Source: a virus (Duplodnaviria > Caudoviricetes). Taken from it: a DNA stretch of 55,522 bases. The DNA is taken from IMG/VR virus record IMGVR_UViG_3300023184_009494, positions 1 to 55,522 of that record. One strand, 5' to 3'. This document shows, one piece after another, positions 37,925-49,142 of this stretch (the first letter of the stretch is position 1; each line of letters begins with the position of its first letter). The translations under genes and the position numbers were made by a program. The notes beneath the pieces were generated by a model. It saw only the letters and a program-made list of their open reading frames with translations. It made no database searches and was not told where the DNA came from.

Positions 37925-39349
37925 TTGTACAAGAAACTTAAGAACAAACACATGAAAAAAACATATATCCTTGACACAAATGTACTTCTTAGCGATCCAA
38001 GCTTTTTCAAAAATTTTGATGATAATGATTTAATAATTCCAATTCTTGTTCTTGAAGAGCTTGATAAACACAAAGGTAGATCTGATGAAGTAGGAAGAAA
38101 TTGCCGAGAAGTAAGCAGAGCACTCGATGGATTAAGTGCAGGAAAAAACATACAAGAAGGAGTAGAATTGCCTCGAGGAGGAAAGCTAAAAATATCTTCT
38201 TGTACGGCAGGTTATAAAGATCTTCTTCCGCCTGAATTAATTCAAGGATCTTCTGTTGACAACATGATTATTGGTTTTGTTCTTCAACTAAGAGAGTCAA
38301 TACCCGACGCAATACTTGTTTCAAAAGATATAAATGTTAGAGTTAAATGCTCTTCTCTTGGAATACAAGCTGAAGACTATCTAAGCATTAGAGTTTCAGA
38401 CAATGTTGACTCTTTATATACTGGAGTAAAAGTTGTTGTTACGACTCAAGATGTAATTGATAATTTTTATCATGAAGAAAAATGCAATGTTGACGAAATA
38501 ATACAAGAAACAACTTATCCCAACCAGATCGTTGTTCTTAAGGCTGTTGACGTTGAAGGAAATACATTAAAATCTGCTCTATCAAGAAAAACAGCTGACA
38601 GCTCTCTCGTTCCTCTGCAAAAATACGATAATGTTTTTGGGATTAGATGCCGTAATAAGGAACAAACATTCTCAGTCGACCTTCTAATGAATCCAGAAAT
38701 CAAGCTAATAACGCTTACTGGACGAGCTGGTTGTGGAAAAACATTGCTTGCATTGGCTGCAGGATTAGATCAACTTCAATCAATTGGTCAAAATCCAGTT
38801 TATCAAAAACTAATTGTCTCCCGCCCGGTTCAACCCGTTGGTCGCGACATAGGTTTTCTGCCTGGAACTTTAGAAGAAAAGATGGAGCCATGGATTGCTC
38901 CAATTAGAGACAATCTTGAATTTCTTCTAGGTTCTTCTGGAAAGAAACAGAGTATGACATCTCAGACACCAAGAAAAAAGAAGTCAGAAGAATCTTCTGG
39001 CGGCTTTAAGGATCCTTATCTTGAACTAATGCAGCAAAAAGGACTTATTGAAATTGAAGCAATTTCTTTTATTAGAGGACGATCTATTCCAAATGCATTC
39101 ATGATAATTGATGAAGCACAAAATCTATCAATGCATGAACTAAAGACAATTATTACTCGAGTTGGAGAGAATACAAAAATTGTTCTAACGGGAGATATTG
39201 AACAAATTGACAATGTTCATGTAGATACTTTTACAAATGGTCTAACGTATGCTGTTGAAAAATTTAAAGAATATTCAATTGCAGGTCATGTAACACTTCT
39301 TAAGGGTGAACGAAGTGAGTTAGCAACTTTGGCATCAAAAATTCTTTAA
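37925..39349 (+). CDS. phoH: PhoH-family ATPase with N-terminal PIN domain (likely start ATG 37952)
   Basis: PIN motifs YILDTNVLL, VLEELD and LVSKDINVR. PhoH motifs GRAGCGKT, IGFLPG, FIRGRSI, IIDEAQN and LTGDIEQID. Confidence 0.93.
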   Translation: MYKKLKNKHMKKTYILDTNVLLSDPSFFKNFDDNDLIIPILVLEELDKHKGRSDEVGRNCREVSRALDGLSAGKNIQEGVELPRGGKLKISSCTAGYKDLLPPELIQGSSVDNMIIGFVLQLRESIPDAILVSKDINVRVKCSSLGIQAEDYLSIRVSDNVDSLYTGVKVVVTTQDVIDNFYHEEKCNVDEIIQETTYPNQIVVLKAVDVEGNTLKSALSRKTADSSLVPLQKYDNVFGIRCRNKEQTFSVDLLMNPEIKLITLTGRAGCGKTLLALAAGLDQLQSIGQNPVYQKLIVSRPVQPVGRDIGFLPGTLEEKMEPWIAPIRDNLEFLLGSSGKKQSMTSQTPRKKKSEESSGGFKDPYLELMQQKGLIEIEAISFIRGRSIPNAFMIIDEAQNLSMHELKTIITRVGENTKIVLTGDIEQIDNVHVDTFTNGLTYAVEKFKEYSIAGHVTLLKGERSELATLASKIL

Positions 39350-39397
39350 TAGGTCGTCAATGACTTGATAAGAATATTTGATGTATACTGAGTTTTT

Positions 39398-40849
39398 ATG
39401 AGCGGAATACTTGATAGCAAATCTAGAATTTTAGATGCAATCTTAACTTCAGAAGGACGAAGGCAAGTTGCTGAAGGTACCTTTCTTGTATCTAGTATTA
39501 CGTTTACTGATGCTGACATAGCATATATTCCTGATGCTATTGACGGACACGTAGATCCAACTGGAAAAATATATTTTGAAGCATGCAATCTTCCTCAAGA
39601 TCAAATTGTATTTGAGGCAAATGATGGCGGAAAGCTCATTCCACTTAGGCACCAAGATATAAAACTTAAAACATCCAATGGCGTCGACGGAAATGTGTCT
39701 GGATCATCAGGGCAGGGTTCCATTGTTAATGGAAGGCTAGTTGTTTATCAGTTTCATCATGGAAGAACAATAAAAGTTTCTGATATATTTGAAGATCCAC
39801 AAGATAAAAACAAAGGCTTTATTTATTCAGATTCTAGTGGGCTGACAGGAAGCATTCTAATAAATCCACAAATTGTTGCAGGTTCAATAACGTCGTCAAT
39901 ATCTCCAGGTGGTCCTTATATTGTTTATGTAGGTACTAAAAATGGAATAGGCTCGGTACAGTTTGCTGAATCAATAAGCTCTGCTATTTCATCATCTAAA
40001 TCTTCTGGCGGACCTTCTGTATCATCTTTTGCTCAAAATAATTCAGTATATCTTGACGGAGGAGATGACAATTATTTTGGAACAATTTTACAGTATTCAG
40101 GAACATTATCATCTCCAATTGTTCTTGAAGAGGCGGCAATAGGCGGAAATCAGCATACAGATGAGCTTACAAATGCAATATTTGCATCACAAATAACAGG
40201 TTTGTTAACTTCATCTTTTGACAACTACAAAAAATTACAACCAATATCAACAATTGATAGACTTTTTATGGATGATTCTTTTGAAATATCTTCAAATGAA
40301 ATAAGCTTTGATATAACACAGATAAAAAATGAAACTTTTAAGACTTTAAAGGTTCAATCAAAAACGCCGCCTGATATTAATGCCATAGATTCATTGTTCA
40401 ATGACAATAAAATGAGTCATCTTGATAATTTCAAGTATCTTCCTCCAATCGTTAAAGTAAGCGACTCTATTGTATCTGACAAATCTAATATTCAAAGTAT
40501 TCAACCTTATCTTCTTGGAAATTATCCTTCTTGGGGTGATAATGAGAAAACATTAAGTTACTTCGGTCTATTAAATGAACTTCAAAACTATCCAAAACAA
40601 GATATTTTATTTTGGTCGACTTCAAATAAGAACAATATTATTGCTCAAATATTTGAAGTATCAGAAAATACAGTTCACAAATTAGACATTGTTGACTTTG
40701 GAAAGATAAAAAATGATACTCATGATCCAACAGTTGTTAGCAATAGAGTGTTTTTTGCAGGAAAAACATTTATTGACAATAGAGGAACAACATGTTACGT
40801 CAACATGTTTTCAATAATTTTCTCTAAGAGGAAGAGAGAATTTGTATGA
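39398..40849 (+). CDS. Putative virion structural protein
   Basis: N-terminus MSGILDSKSRILDAILTSEGRRQVA is shared with ORF 49143-49895. S/G-rich. Confidence 0.6.
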   Translation: MSGILDSKSRILDAILTSEGRRQVAEGTFLVSSITFTDADIAYIPDAIDGHVDPTGKIYFEACNLPQDQIVFEANDGGKLIPLRHQDIKLKTSNGVDGNVSGSSGQGSIVNGRLVVYQFHHGRTIKVSDIFEDPQDKNKGFIYSDSSGLTGSILINPQIVAGSITSSISPGGPYIVYVGTKNGIGSVQFAESISSAISSSKSSGGPSVSSFAQNNSVYLDGGDDNYFGTILQYSGTLSSPIVLEEAAIGGNQHTDELTNAIFASQITGLLTSSFDNYKKLQPISTIDRLFMDDSFEISSNEISFDITQIKNETFKTLKVQSKTPPDINAIDSLFNDNKMSHLDNFKYLPPIVKVSDSIVSDKSNIQSIQPYLLGNYPSWGDNEKTLSYFGLLNELQNYPKQDILFWSTSNKNNIIAQIFEVSENTVHKLDIVDFGKIKNDTHDPTVVSNRVFFAGKTFIDNRGTTCYVNMFSIIFSKRKREFV

Positions 40850-43383
40850 AGATTTTTCAATCACCATTATTAAGTAAAAGAACGTCAATTCTCTCTATAC
40901 CAGAAAACACTTATGTAGAAATTAAAAACATTGATTCTAATTTTATGTATTTGAAAATTAGATGCAAGATTTCTCTAACAAATGTTCTTAATGATCCTCG
41001 TGAATATGAAAAAGTAGTCATATATCTTTCTAATGATACGTCTCCTGTTTTACAGTCGTCTGTAAATTCTATAAAAAATAACAATGTTATTAACCCGATA
41101 ACTAAATTACAGACAAATTCTATCATCAATCCTACACCGAAGATTAATAGTGAAAAATTAAGTCCAATATATCCTAAGTCAATATCTGAAAAATTGTTGG
41201 ATGGGAAATCTATGCTTCAAACTCTTATAAAGCAAGAAGAATATTTGTCTCCACCATACGAAATATCAATTTCATCTTGGTCTCTAAACTCATCACTGAC
41301 AAATAGTGTATCAACAATTGATTTGTCTGTACCAGAAAAACAACCTGTTAGAAAAACATATCCATCTGGAATATCTAATATAAATTCTAGAGAACTAATA
41401 TTTAGAATCAATAGAAATATTCAAGATATTACCTCTCCTGCAGATGAAAAAAACATAACTTCTGAATCAGATTTATATGGAAAAATTTTTTCATCTGATA
41501 ATTCACAATTTAGTCAGCTTTATACTGACATGCTAAAATACTATCTTTCTGATGTAAAAAAGAGCGAATTTGAAGATTCTTCTCAATGGTATGAGCAGAC
41601 AAGAATATCCAAGAAGCTTGATTATTTTGTTTTGGAAACGAATCACGATATACAAGTTCCAGTTATTAATAAGAATTCAAGAATAAAAATAAGATTTGAT
41701 CTTTACAAAAAAGACTCAAATATACCTGACGAATCACAGACAAAAATATTTTCTGCATCTGATCACGTGGCAGCTTATTATTCTTTAAAAAAGCCTCCAA
41801 TTGTAAGATTTAATAACAATGAAAAAGCTAATAAAGGTTCTTACATAACAGGAAATTCAATTAATATTAGCATTCATGATCAAGAAAACAATGGAAATAT
41901 TTCTGGATATCACGTTTATCTAAAGTCAATTGATAGACTTGGAAATGCTGAGTCTTATAAAAAGGTAAAGCAGACTTCAAATTCATCGTCTAATAATTTT
42001 TCAATTCAAGTTGATTCAAAACTATCAGTTGTTAGAGTCGTTCCACTAGAAATTGATGGAAAAGAATCAAATTTATTCACTAATGTTGTTATAGGGCCCG
42101 GATACGATGAAATAGGAAATTTAACAATTATTCCTTATTATCTTTCCAATGCAAATGAAGTGTATGTTGAAGCTCATAATATTCCTAAAACGGCTTCATC
42201 GGCTGTTCTTTATAGACGAGATTGTTCATCAAATACAGGCTTGCCATTTGAAGAGGTTTCATATACTACTCTAGCCGGAGAATCAGAAAAATGTACTTTT
42301 TCTGATGTTTTAGTTCCCGGGAAAATTTTTGAATATTATGTTTGTGTTCTGTCAACAGCTCATAATGACATTAAAGAAAATAATAAAAAATATGTTTCAA
42401 ACTTTGTGCATTTGAAACATCCAATTTCAAATGTAGGAAATTCTCCTCCAATAAAAGTTGTTATTAATAATTTCAACTCTTCTTCAGATATAAATAACGA
42501 TATATCCATTTCATTTGACATAAAAGTTTCGGTTACTCCTGATGAAAATAAAAAAATTATTGATGCTTTTAAGTCACAGCTAGGAGAACTGTATAGTCAA
42601 TTTCTTGATCCAGCACATAATCAATCTTCTCCTCTGAATGATGGAAATTATGCTGATATAATAATGCATGAAGTAGTAAGAACAAACTTAAATACAGCAG
42701 AAAGAGAAGTATTTGACATTGTATCTGCAGGCACTTTTCAAGATAATCAATCTTCTCAGTCAATTGCAAACATAAAAAAAATAAATCCTCAATATTCTTA
42801 CATTTATCAGATTTTTTCTTATAGAAGAGACCCTATAACGCTTTTTAAAAATTACATAGCAGTTCCATCTCCTGCAAGTAATCGTTTTTATCTTCCATAT
42901 AAGTGGAAGAATCCGACTGTTGTTGCAACAGGAAAACTATATTCAGAAGACATTAATGGAATTCCAATTATAGATCTTTATGATGCACTAACTTCTCAAT
43001 CATATGGACTAACAGCATCATATAATTTTCAAGGTTCTACTCAATTGACTCAATTGAAAAATATTATAGCCTCAAGGCTTGACATAAATACAGTTAGAGT
43101 AAGCTGGTCTTACTCAGGTATAACTGAACATAATAAAATTAGTCTTTATGATTCTTTCGTAGTAATGAAAGTTGTAAATGGTATTAGAAGCTTCGTCGGA
43201 AGAACACATAAAAATTTCATTTATCATGAAATTGATAAAAAAGATCTCGGTTCCGTCTATTACATAATAGTACCAATTATGAACGATTTTTCAATAGATG
43301 ATCCAGGTTACTCTAATGAAATTTTTATAGATGTTGACGGTCTAATCAAACCAGTTTTAATTCCAACCTTTCATAACAATTAG
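40846..43383 (+). CDS. Putative virion protein with Fn3/Ig-like beta domains, 845 aa
   Basis: VLYRRD...FSDVLVPGKIFEYYV and VRVSWSY...YYIIVP are Fn3-like patterns. Confidence 0.55.
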   Translation: MKIFQSPLLSKRTSILSIPENTYVEIKNIDSNFMYLKIRCKISLTNVLNDPREYEKVVIYLSNDTSPVLQSSVNSIKNNNVINPITKLQTNSIINPTPKINSEKLSPIYPKSISEKLLDGKSMLQTLIKQEEYLSPPYEISISSWSLNSSLTNSVSTIDLSVPEKQPVRKTYPSGISNINSRELIFRINRNIQDITSPADEKNITSESDLYGKIFSSDNSQFSQLYTDMLKYYLSDVKKSEFEDSSQWYEQTRISKKLDYFVLETNHDIQVPVINKNSRIKIRFDLYKKDSNIPDESQTKIFSASDHVAAYYSLKKPPIVRFNNNEKANKGSYITGNSINISIHDQENNGNISGYHVYLKSIDRLGNAESYKKVKQTSNSSSNNFSIQVDSKLSVVRVVPLEIDGKESNLFTNVVIGPGYDEIGNLTIIPYYLSNANEVYVEAHNIPKTASSAVLYRRDCSSNTGLPFEEVSYTTLAGESEKCTFSDVLVPGKIFEYYVCVLSTAHNDIKENNKKYVSNFVHLKHPISNVGNSPPIKVVINNFNSSSDINNDISISFDIKVSVTPDENKKIIDAFKSQLGELYSQFLDPAHNQSSPLNDGNYADIIMHEVVRTNLNTAEREVFDIVSAGTFQDNQSSQSIANIKKINPQYSYIYQIFSYRRDPITLFKNYIAVPSPASNRFYLPYKWKNPTVVATGKLYSEDINGIPIIDLYDALTSQSYGLTASYNFQGSTQLTQLKNIIASRLDINTVRVSWSYSGITEHNKISLYDSFVVMKVVNGIRSFVGRTHKNFIYHEIDKKDLGSVYYIIVPIMNDFSIDDPGYSNEIFIDVDGLIKPVLIPTFHNN

Positions 43384-43393
43384 TAAATAGAAA

Positions 43394-46300
43394 ATGAAAT
43401 CTTCTAAATTAGTCAACGGTACTTCTTCTCAATTATCAAATAGCACTTATCATGCTACTCCTTTTGAAGAAAAACAAAAAACATCTCGATATATTCCGCC
43501 AATTAGTTTTGCTTCACCTTCAATTATTAGGTCTGAAGTTACAACCAAGTCAATAAAAGATTTTTCTAATACAGATACATCGACAATATCAAATGAAAAT
43601 TTAAAAAAATACTCAATTCATTCCGGGCTTTCTGAAGACCAGCCAAGCATAATATTAACATCTAAATTTATTCCTATTTTTTCTTTTGGAAAAGAAAATT
43701 TTATAAGCAATGCATTGAATACAAAGGAAAACTCCATTCTTTTGACTGCAAAAAATGCAATCAATATTTTGTCTCAAAACAAAGACACTCAAGATTATGT
43801 TTCTTCAAATACTGAAAACCTAAAAACTTTTCTTGACTCTGAAAATGAATTTATAAAAAATATTCTTTCTCAGCTATCAGATGTTTTATGCAGACTTAAT
43901 ATTAAGAATTGGTCTTATAAGGATTCATCTTCATCAACAATTTATAGTTTTGAAACTTCTTTATTGGAAAAGACTTATAAAAAAGAAGATATAAATAATT
44001 TTTCAAATTCCAAGATATGGAATCAGTTTCTATTAGAATTTAAATTAGATGTAATTTCTCATACAAGAGACTTAATAGGAACAACAAGAGACAAATCTGG
44101 CAATGATAGTGATTCATATAAACTTTCAGGTCTAATTGCCGAAAAGAGCGATTCATCTAAAAGAATATGGGTAAATCCGTATTATAAAAACATCATTAGC
44201 GAAGATGATATGAATAGATCTGATGATGTTTCAATTAATGAAAATGTAAAAGCATTAATTTCTCTTCAAAATAATCTATATGTTAACTTAAACAGTTCGA
44301 CAAAGACAATAAATCAAAATTCAACTCGAACATCTTCTAGTGAATCTATTGAATTATTAACTCAATATCATGGTTCTGGAAAAGATATATCACTTATATC
44401 GAATTCACTAGCCAAAGAGTCTAATTACTCAAAAGAGATTATAAGCAATTCTAAAACTCTTTCTGATAATTATGGTTATTCAGTCTCCAATGATGGAAGT
44501 GGAAATATTCAAGTATGGGATTATCTTGTAGGAAAATTTAGAAATTCTGTTCTTGAAGTTCAAGATTCATCATCAAATATTATCGGAAAAGGTAGATCTT
44601 TATCAAGTCTCTCCCAGTATTCTGTACAGTCTCCTAATTCAAGCGATCAGTATAAAGTATTGACATTTGAAAGCTCTTTTCTTCCACAATCCGAGATAAC
44701 ACCTGGTTCATTCTATTTTATAGATAGCACTCTTGATACACCTGATGGTAAAAATTTTGACTTATCTAGAATAAATGTACTAACAGATAAACTCAAAAAA
44801 ACTTCAGATACATTAAGTATTATTTCTAAATTTTGCGGCTATGATCAAGGACAAAAAGAAGTTATTGATCCAGCCGACCTTGTCAATCAAATACTTCATA
44901 AATTTGATTATTTTACTGACATGTATTCAAAATGCATACTTCCAACAAATCTAGTTGGAATGATTCCAACAGGATTAGCATATAATGTTATTTTAAATCT
45001 TTCAAATCAAGAAAAAAATAATAGGTTTTCAGCTGCAGTTGCTCGATGCGCAATTATTCCATCAGATACTTACAAATATCAAAGTTCAAATTTAAAATCT
45101 CTTCTTTTTTTAATGGTCATGAATGCAGTTATTCTTCAAGCAAAATCTGAATCAAGTTCAGAATCTTCAAAGATGTCATTCAGTGATGCATCAATAAAAA
45201 AAGTTCAAGATAAGATTATGAAAATTCTAAAAAATGGATCAATTGAACTTGATGATTACATAAAAGCTAAAAATCAAAATAGAATATTTGCTGATCATAT
45301 CGTTGTTACAGATAACTCAGGAAACACTATTACTGATGTTTCTGCTCCAAGTACAGAAATAATAAGTTTAGAAAACGGAATATGGAAAACAGTATTTGAT
45401 ATAATGAAAGAAGTTTATAATTCTTCTGATTTATATGACTTACAAAATAAATCATCTACTGTTTATTCAGGGATAAATAAAATTGTCTATCTTTTTGCTT
45501 ATTTTGATATGATTCTACGAGTTATATCTTCAATGTCTCCAGAAAGCTTATTAGGAAATTATGGATATCATAATAAAACTGCTTACGAAACTGGTCTGGT
45601 ATTAAAAGAAGTTCTGTCTACTGAAATAAACTCTTTTTTCTATATGGGATCTCGAGGATCAGATAATGGTTCTTTTTCTCTTGGAAATAATCCAATTCAA
45701 GTTCAACCAATAGAGTTTGCAAAATCATATTTGGTTACAGAAAAATCAATAATAAATTCTCAAATTGGAATTTTGAAAAACTTTGTATCGCAACTTAATA
45801 CTTCTTTAATAGATTTTTCAGTTTTTCTTGGACAAAAATTTGGTGAACATATTGCAAATGTTTCTCCGCTATATGAATTAGATACAGAATTAAATTCAAT
45901 TCAAAAAAATGCATTACTAGGAATGTCTCTCACTGAAGAGCAGCTAGTTCTTTCAAACTATATTTCTTCAGAGTTATCAGATAAAATAAATACAAATTTA
46001 GATTCAGAATCTAAATTATCTTCAATTCCTTTTTTTGCTGATTTCCCAAAGGGTTTTTCTTCTTATTTGCCAATTAATGACACTGAATTGTTATCATATT
46101 TTCTATTATCTTCTTTCTTTAAGTCAGAAGAATTTCTTTTAGAAAAAGGAAATAACAAAAAGATCATGTCAATTGGAATTCCACCAAAAATGTTAAGATC
46201 TTTATCTTCAACAAGTTCAAGTGCAAATGCTCAAGAAGCAATCAGAAAAAATATAATTAGAATTAAAATATATAAAGTTGACAGATTACACCCAGAGCTT

Positions 46301-47203
46301 GTTTTCATTCCACAGTCTTATCTCTTTGAAATGTCAAGATTTCCAACTAGAGTTCTTGGTAACTGGAATTTTAATAATTTTTCAAACAATGAAACTAATA
46401 TTTTACAGATTCCTACAAAATTTTACTTAAATTCTCAATTTACTCTTCATGATGATTATTCTAAAGCATTTGATACACATGGAACTATTTTATCTGATGA
46501 TCAAAAAGTAGAGATATATTCTAATCATGCAAAAAGCTACTTAGCAGAAGAATACCTAAGATGGTTTACTGATTGTAATCTTGATGAAACTCGATATTTT
46601 CATTATTCTAAAATGTCAAATACTTTACATAGTATAGAAGTTCAGTATCAAAACTACTTAAATACAATAAGCCTAAATATTCAACAAAATCAGACAGCAG
46701 CTGCTCCTACTAATTCTTCAACAGTTAATGTTCAATTTACTGATCCTCTAAGTGGGAACAAATATACTTTCCCTTCAAAAATGACGAACAACATAAAGCC
46801 AGAGAATGTTGTTTCGTCACAAAATAAAAAAATTCAATCAAGTACTACTGTAAGCCCAGCTTTAGACTTAACTGATTCAATGCGTTCATATTTTCTTCGA
46901 GAAACTATGATGCATGACATAAATGTTCACAAAAGAAGAGCCTCATATCCTAAAAAATTTGATAGATGTTTTAGTATAATATTTGACCCCGATGATTTTA
47001 AAATTGATGAGTCGCAGTCAGACTCATCAACTCTTGCTATTATGAAACAGAATGGCATAATAATTGGAGGAAACATTGACACATCTAATAAAAAAATTCC
47101 ATATAGGCACAGAGATACATCACCCGGGGACGTGAGTTTTGATCAATACTTTACAACAGTTGAACCATTTGACTATAATCAAGCCTATGGAAGCGGAAGT
47201 TAA
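43394..47203 (+). CDS. Large hypothetical (probably virion-associated) protein, 1269 aa
   Basis: Long Ser/Asn-rich ORF within the structural block. Confidence 0.55.
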   Translation: MKSSKLVNGTSSQLSNSTYHATPFEEKQKTSRYIPPISFASPSIIRSEVTTKSIKDFSNTDTSTISNENLKKYSIHSGLSEDQPSIILTSKFIPIFSFGKENFISNALNTKENSILLTAKNAINILSQNKDTQDYVSSNTENLKTFLDSENEFIKNILSQLSDVLCRLNIKNWSYKDSSSSTIYSFETSLLEKTYKKEDINNFSNSKIWNQFLLEFKLDVISHTRDLIGTTRDKSGNDSDSYKLSGLIAEKSDSSKRIWVNPYYKNIISEDDMNRSDDVSINENVKALISLQNNLYVNLNSSTKTINQNSTRTSSSESIELLTQYHGSGKDISLISNSLAKESNYSKEIISNSKTLSDNYGYSVSNDGSGNIQVWDYLVGKFRNSVLEVQDSSSNIIGKGRSLSSLSQYSVQSPNSSDQYKVLTFESSFLPQSEITPGSFYFIDSTLDTPDGKNFDLSRINVLTDKLKKTSDTLSIISKFCGYDQGQKEVIDPADLVNQILHKFDYFTDMYSKCILPTNLVGMIPTGLAYNVILNLSNQEKNNRFSAAVARCAIIPSDTYKYQSSNLKSLLFLMVMNAVILQAKSESSSESSKMSFSDASIKKVQDKIMKILKNGSIELDDYIKAKNQNRIFADHIVVTDNSGNTITDVSAPSTEIISLENGIWKTVFDIMKEVYNSSDLYDLQNKSSTVYSGINKIVYLFAYFDMILRVISSMSPESLLGNYGYHNKTAYETGLVLKEVLSTEINSFFYMGSRGSDNGSFSLGNNPIQVQPIEFAKSYLVTEKSIINSQIGILKNFVSQLNTSLIDFSVFLGQKFGEHIANVSPLYELDTELNSIQKNALLGMSLTEEQLVLSNYISSELSDKINTNLDSESKLSSIPFFADFPKGFSSYLPINDTELLSYFLLSSFFKSEEFLLEKGNNKKIMSIGIPPKMLRSLSSTSSSANAQEAIRKNIIRIKIYKVDRLHPELVFIPQSYLFEMSRFPTRVLGNWNFNNFSNNETNILQIPTKFYLNSQFTLHDDYSKAFDTHGTILSDDQKVEIYSNHAKSYLAEEYLRWFTDCNLDETRYFHYSKMSNTLHSIEVQYQNYLNTISLNIQQNQTAAAPTNSSTVNVQFTDPLSGNKYTFPSKMTNNIKPENVVSSQNKKIQSSTTVSPALDLTDSMRSYFLRETMMHDINVHKRRASYPKKFDRCFSIIFDPDDFKIDESQSDSSTLAIMKQNGIIIGGNIDTSNKKIPYRHRDTSPGDVSFDQYFTTVEPFDYNQAYGSGS

Positions 47204-47209
47204 ATTATC

Positions 47210-49024
47210 GTGTCTATAAATATATCAGAGCCCTCTATATCGGTTGATGAAATCAACATTCCCGAGATTTCAGAGTTATCATCTGAATTTACTTATAACT
47301 ACTACACAATTGACGAGAGAGTCTCTGAATATAAAAGCTCTCTTGTTGATTCTTTAAAAAATTTACCAAGATATGTAACTCTAAGATGGAACTCTTCTGT
47401 TCTTTCTAATTTTGAGATTCAAAAAAATGACTCTAGCAAAAGAGAATTTTCAAAAGAAAGAAGCATTGAAAACAACTTTGAAAAAATAATGTCTGAAGAT
47501 AACTTCTTCAATGAAGGTTATTTGTCTCATGTTTTTTCTGATATTACTTCAATAGAGCAAGGAAGCTCTGATCTTGAAAATTACAGCAGATTATCCCAGG
47601 ATAACGTTGAAAGTGTTTTTAAAATGTCACAAAAACAAATTCAAGAAATATCTTCAAATTCAAACCCTGATGACGAAATACATAATCAGCATTTGTCTTC
47701 AATTTCAAGTGCTTATTCAAATCTTGCTAACATGCCTAAAGATTCACTTGGTCTTAGGGTTTATGATGAGTCTGGGCGATTATCTGATAAAGATGATCTT
47801 CTTGAATCATTGTGTAACTCTTTGTCAATCAATGTCAAGATTAATAATTCAATCATTCCAGACATTTTTAGAAATTCAAAAGAAAAGAACAAGAATCTTG
47901 ATGTTTTTAAGATTTCATCATTAAAGAAGAATGTAAATGATGAAGTTGTAATAAAAAACATTGGTAAAACAAGCCAATCATATTCTTCTTTTAGTTCTCA
48001 GCCTATAAAAATGATAGGATACATTATTGAAAGATATTGGTCAACACCTGAAGGATATACAAAACAAAAGAATTTCTTTATTGAAGATCCATCAGTTACA
48101 AACTTTGTAGATAAAACTCCGCTCTATGGTGTCACTTATGTTTATACTGTAAGAGCCGTTTCTAGTGTAAAACTACTTACTAGATCACCTGATGGATCAA
48201 GTGTTAGCGTCTCTGAGATTTATACAAGTTCAAAACCAATACCAACTCATGTAAATTGTCTTGAATTTGTTCCTCCGCCAGAACCAGAAAACTTAAAATT
48301 TACTTTTGATTATGATGAAGGAAATTTAATAGTTCAATGGGATCCACCAATAAATCCTCAAAAAGATATAAAGCAATACCAAGTTTTTAGAAGAAAGAGT
48401 ATTGATTTTCCATTTGAGCTCATAGCACAATATGGATTTGATAGATCATATCCGGGTTGGCCTGATAATACAAGATACACTACAGGAGAAATTGTAGATG
48501 CCAATAATTTTTCTAACACACCACCAGAATATCGAAACTTAATTAAAAACTCAGAAAGCCTTGTTTGTTTTCATAGAGACAAAGAGTTTACAGTTGATAC
48601 TGAATTTTTTCAAAATGAATCTTTTATTTATTCAATATGTAGCATTGATGCTCATGGCATGATATCTAATTATTCAGAACAACACGAGGTAGTTTTTGAT
48701 TCATATAAAAATAAGATTGTTTCAAAGGTAGTGTGTGACTCTGGGTCACCTAAACCTTATCCTAACATGAATCTTAGAATCGATGCTTTTAAAGATTCAA
48801 TTAGAGTTTCAGGAGATGAGACAAAAGAATTGAGTATTTATTTTTCTCCTGAATATCTAAAAATCAAAGATAAAGACAACAAAACTTATAAGATAGTTGA
48901 AGCAGTAACTTCCGCAAAAAATAACAACCCTTATTATGTTCTTCAGCTAATTAATTTAGACAATCAAAAAAGTCAACTAATAAAGATAAACATCAATGAT
49001 TCGACCAATTTAACTAGTTCATAG
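47210..49024 (+). CDS. Fibronectin type III domain-containing virion protein
   Basis: GYIIER..FVDKTPLYGVTYVYTVRAV, PPPEPENL..LIVQWDPP..IKQYQVFRR and YSICSIDAHGMISNYSEQ. Confidence 0.7.
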   Translation: MSINISEPSISVDEINIPEISELSSEFTYNYYTIDERVSEYKSSLVDSLKNLPRYVTLRWNSSVLSNFEIQKNDSSKREFSKERSIENNFEKIMSEDNFFNEGYLSHVFSDITSIEQGSSDLENYSRLSQDNVESVFKMSQKQIQEISSNSNPDDEIHNQHLSSISSAYSNLANMPKDSLGLRVYDESGRLSDKDDLLESLCNSLSINVKINNSIIPDIFRNSKEKNKNLDVFKISSLKKNVNDEVVIKNIGKTSQSYSSFSSQPIKMIGYIIERYWSTPEGYTKQKNFFIEDPSVTNFVDKTPLYGVTYVYTVRAVSSVKLLTRSPDGSSVSVSEIYTSSKPIPTHVNCLEFVPPPEPENLKFTFDYDEGNLIVQWDPPINPQKDIKQYQVFRRKSIDFPFELIAQYGFDRSYPGWPDNTRYTTGEIVDANNFSNTPPEYRNLIKNSESLVCFHRDKEFTVDTEFFQNESFIYSICSIDAHGMISNYSEQHEVVFDSYKNKIVSKVVCDSGSPKPYPNMNLRIDAFKDSIRVSGDETKELSIYFSPEYLKIKDKDNKTYKIVEAVTSAKNNNPYYVLQLINLDNQKSQLIKININDSTNLTSS

Positions 49025-49142
49025 AAGTAATAAGATCATTTAAGGTAAAAACATTGACATGTTCCATATTTTTAAGCAGGACAATCAGCAGATTATCTCG
49101 TTGTAAATAGTAAATTAGAGAAAGAAAATAGAGAAATCAATA

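Noticed and set aside
49025-49142. Possible ncRNA or tRNA in the larger intergenic gaps
   Set aside because: No cloverleaf, T-loop consensus or stable GC stem visible. Looks like promoter/leader sequence.
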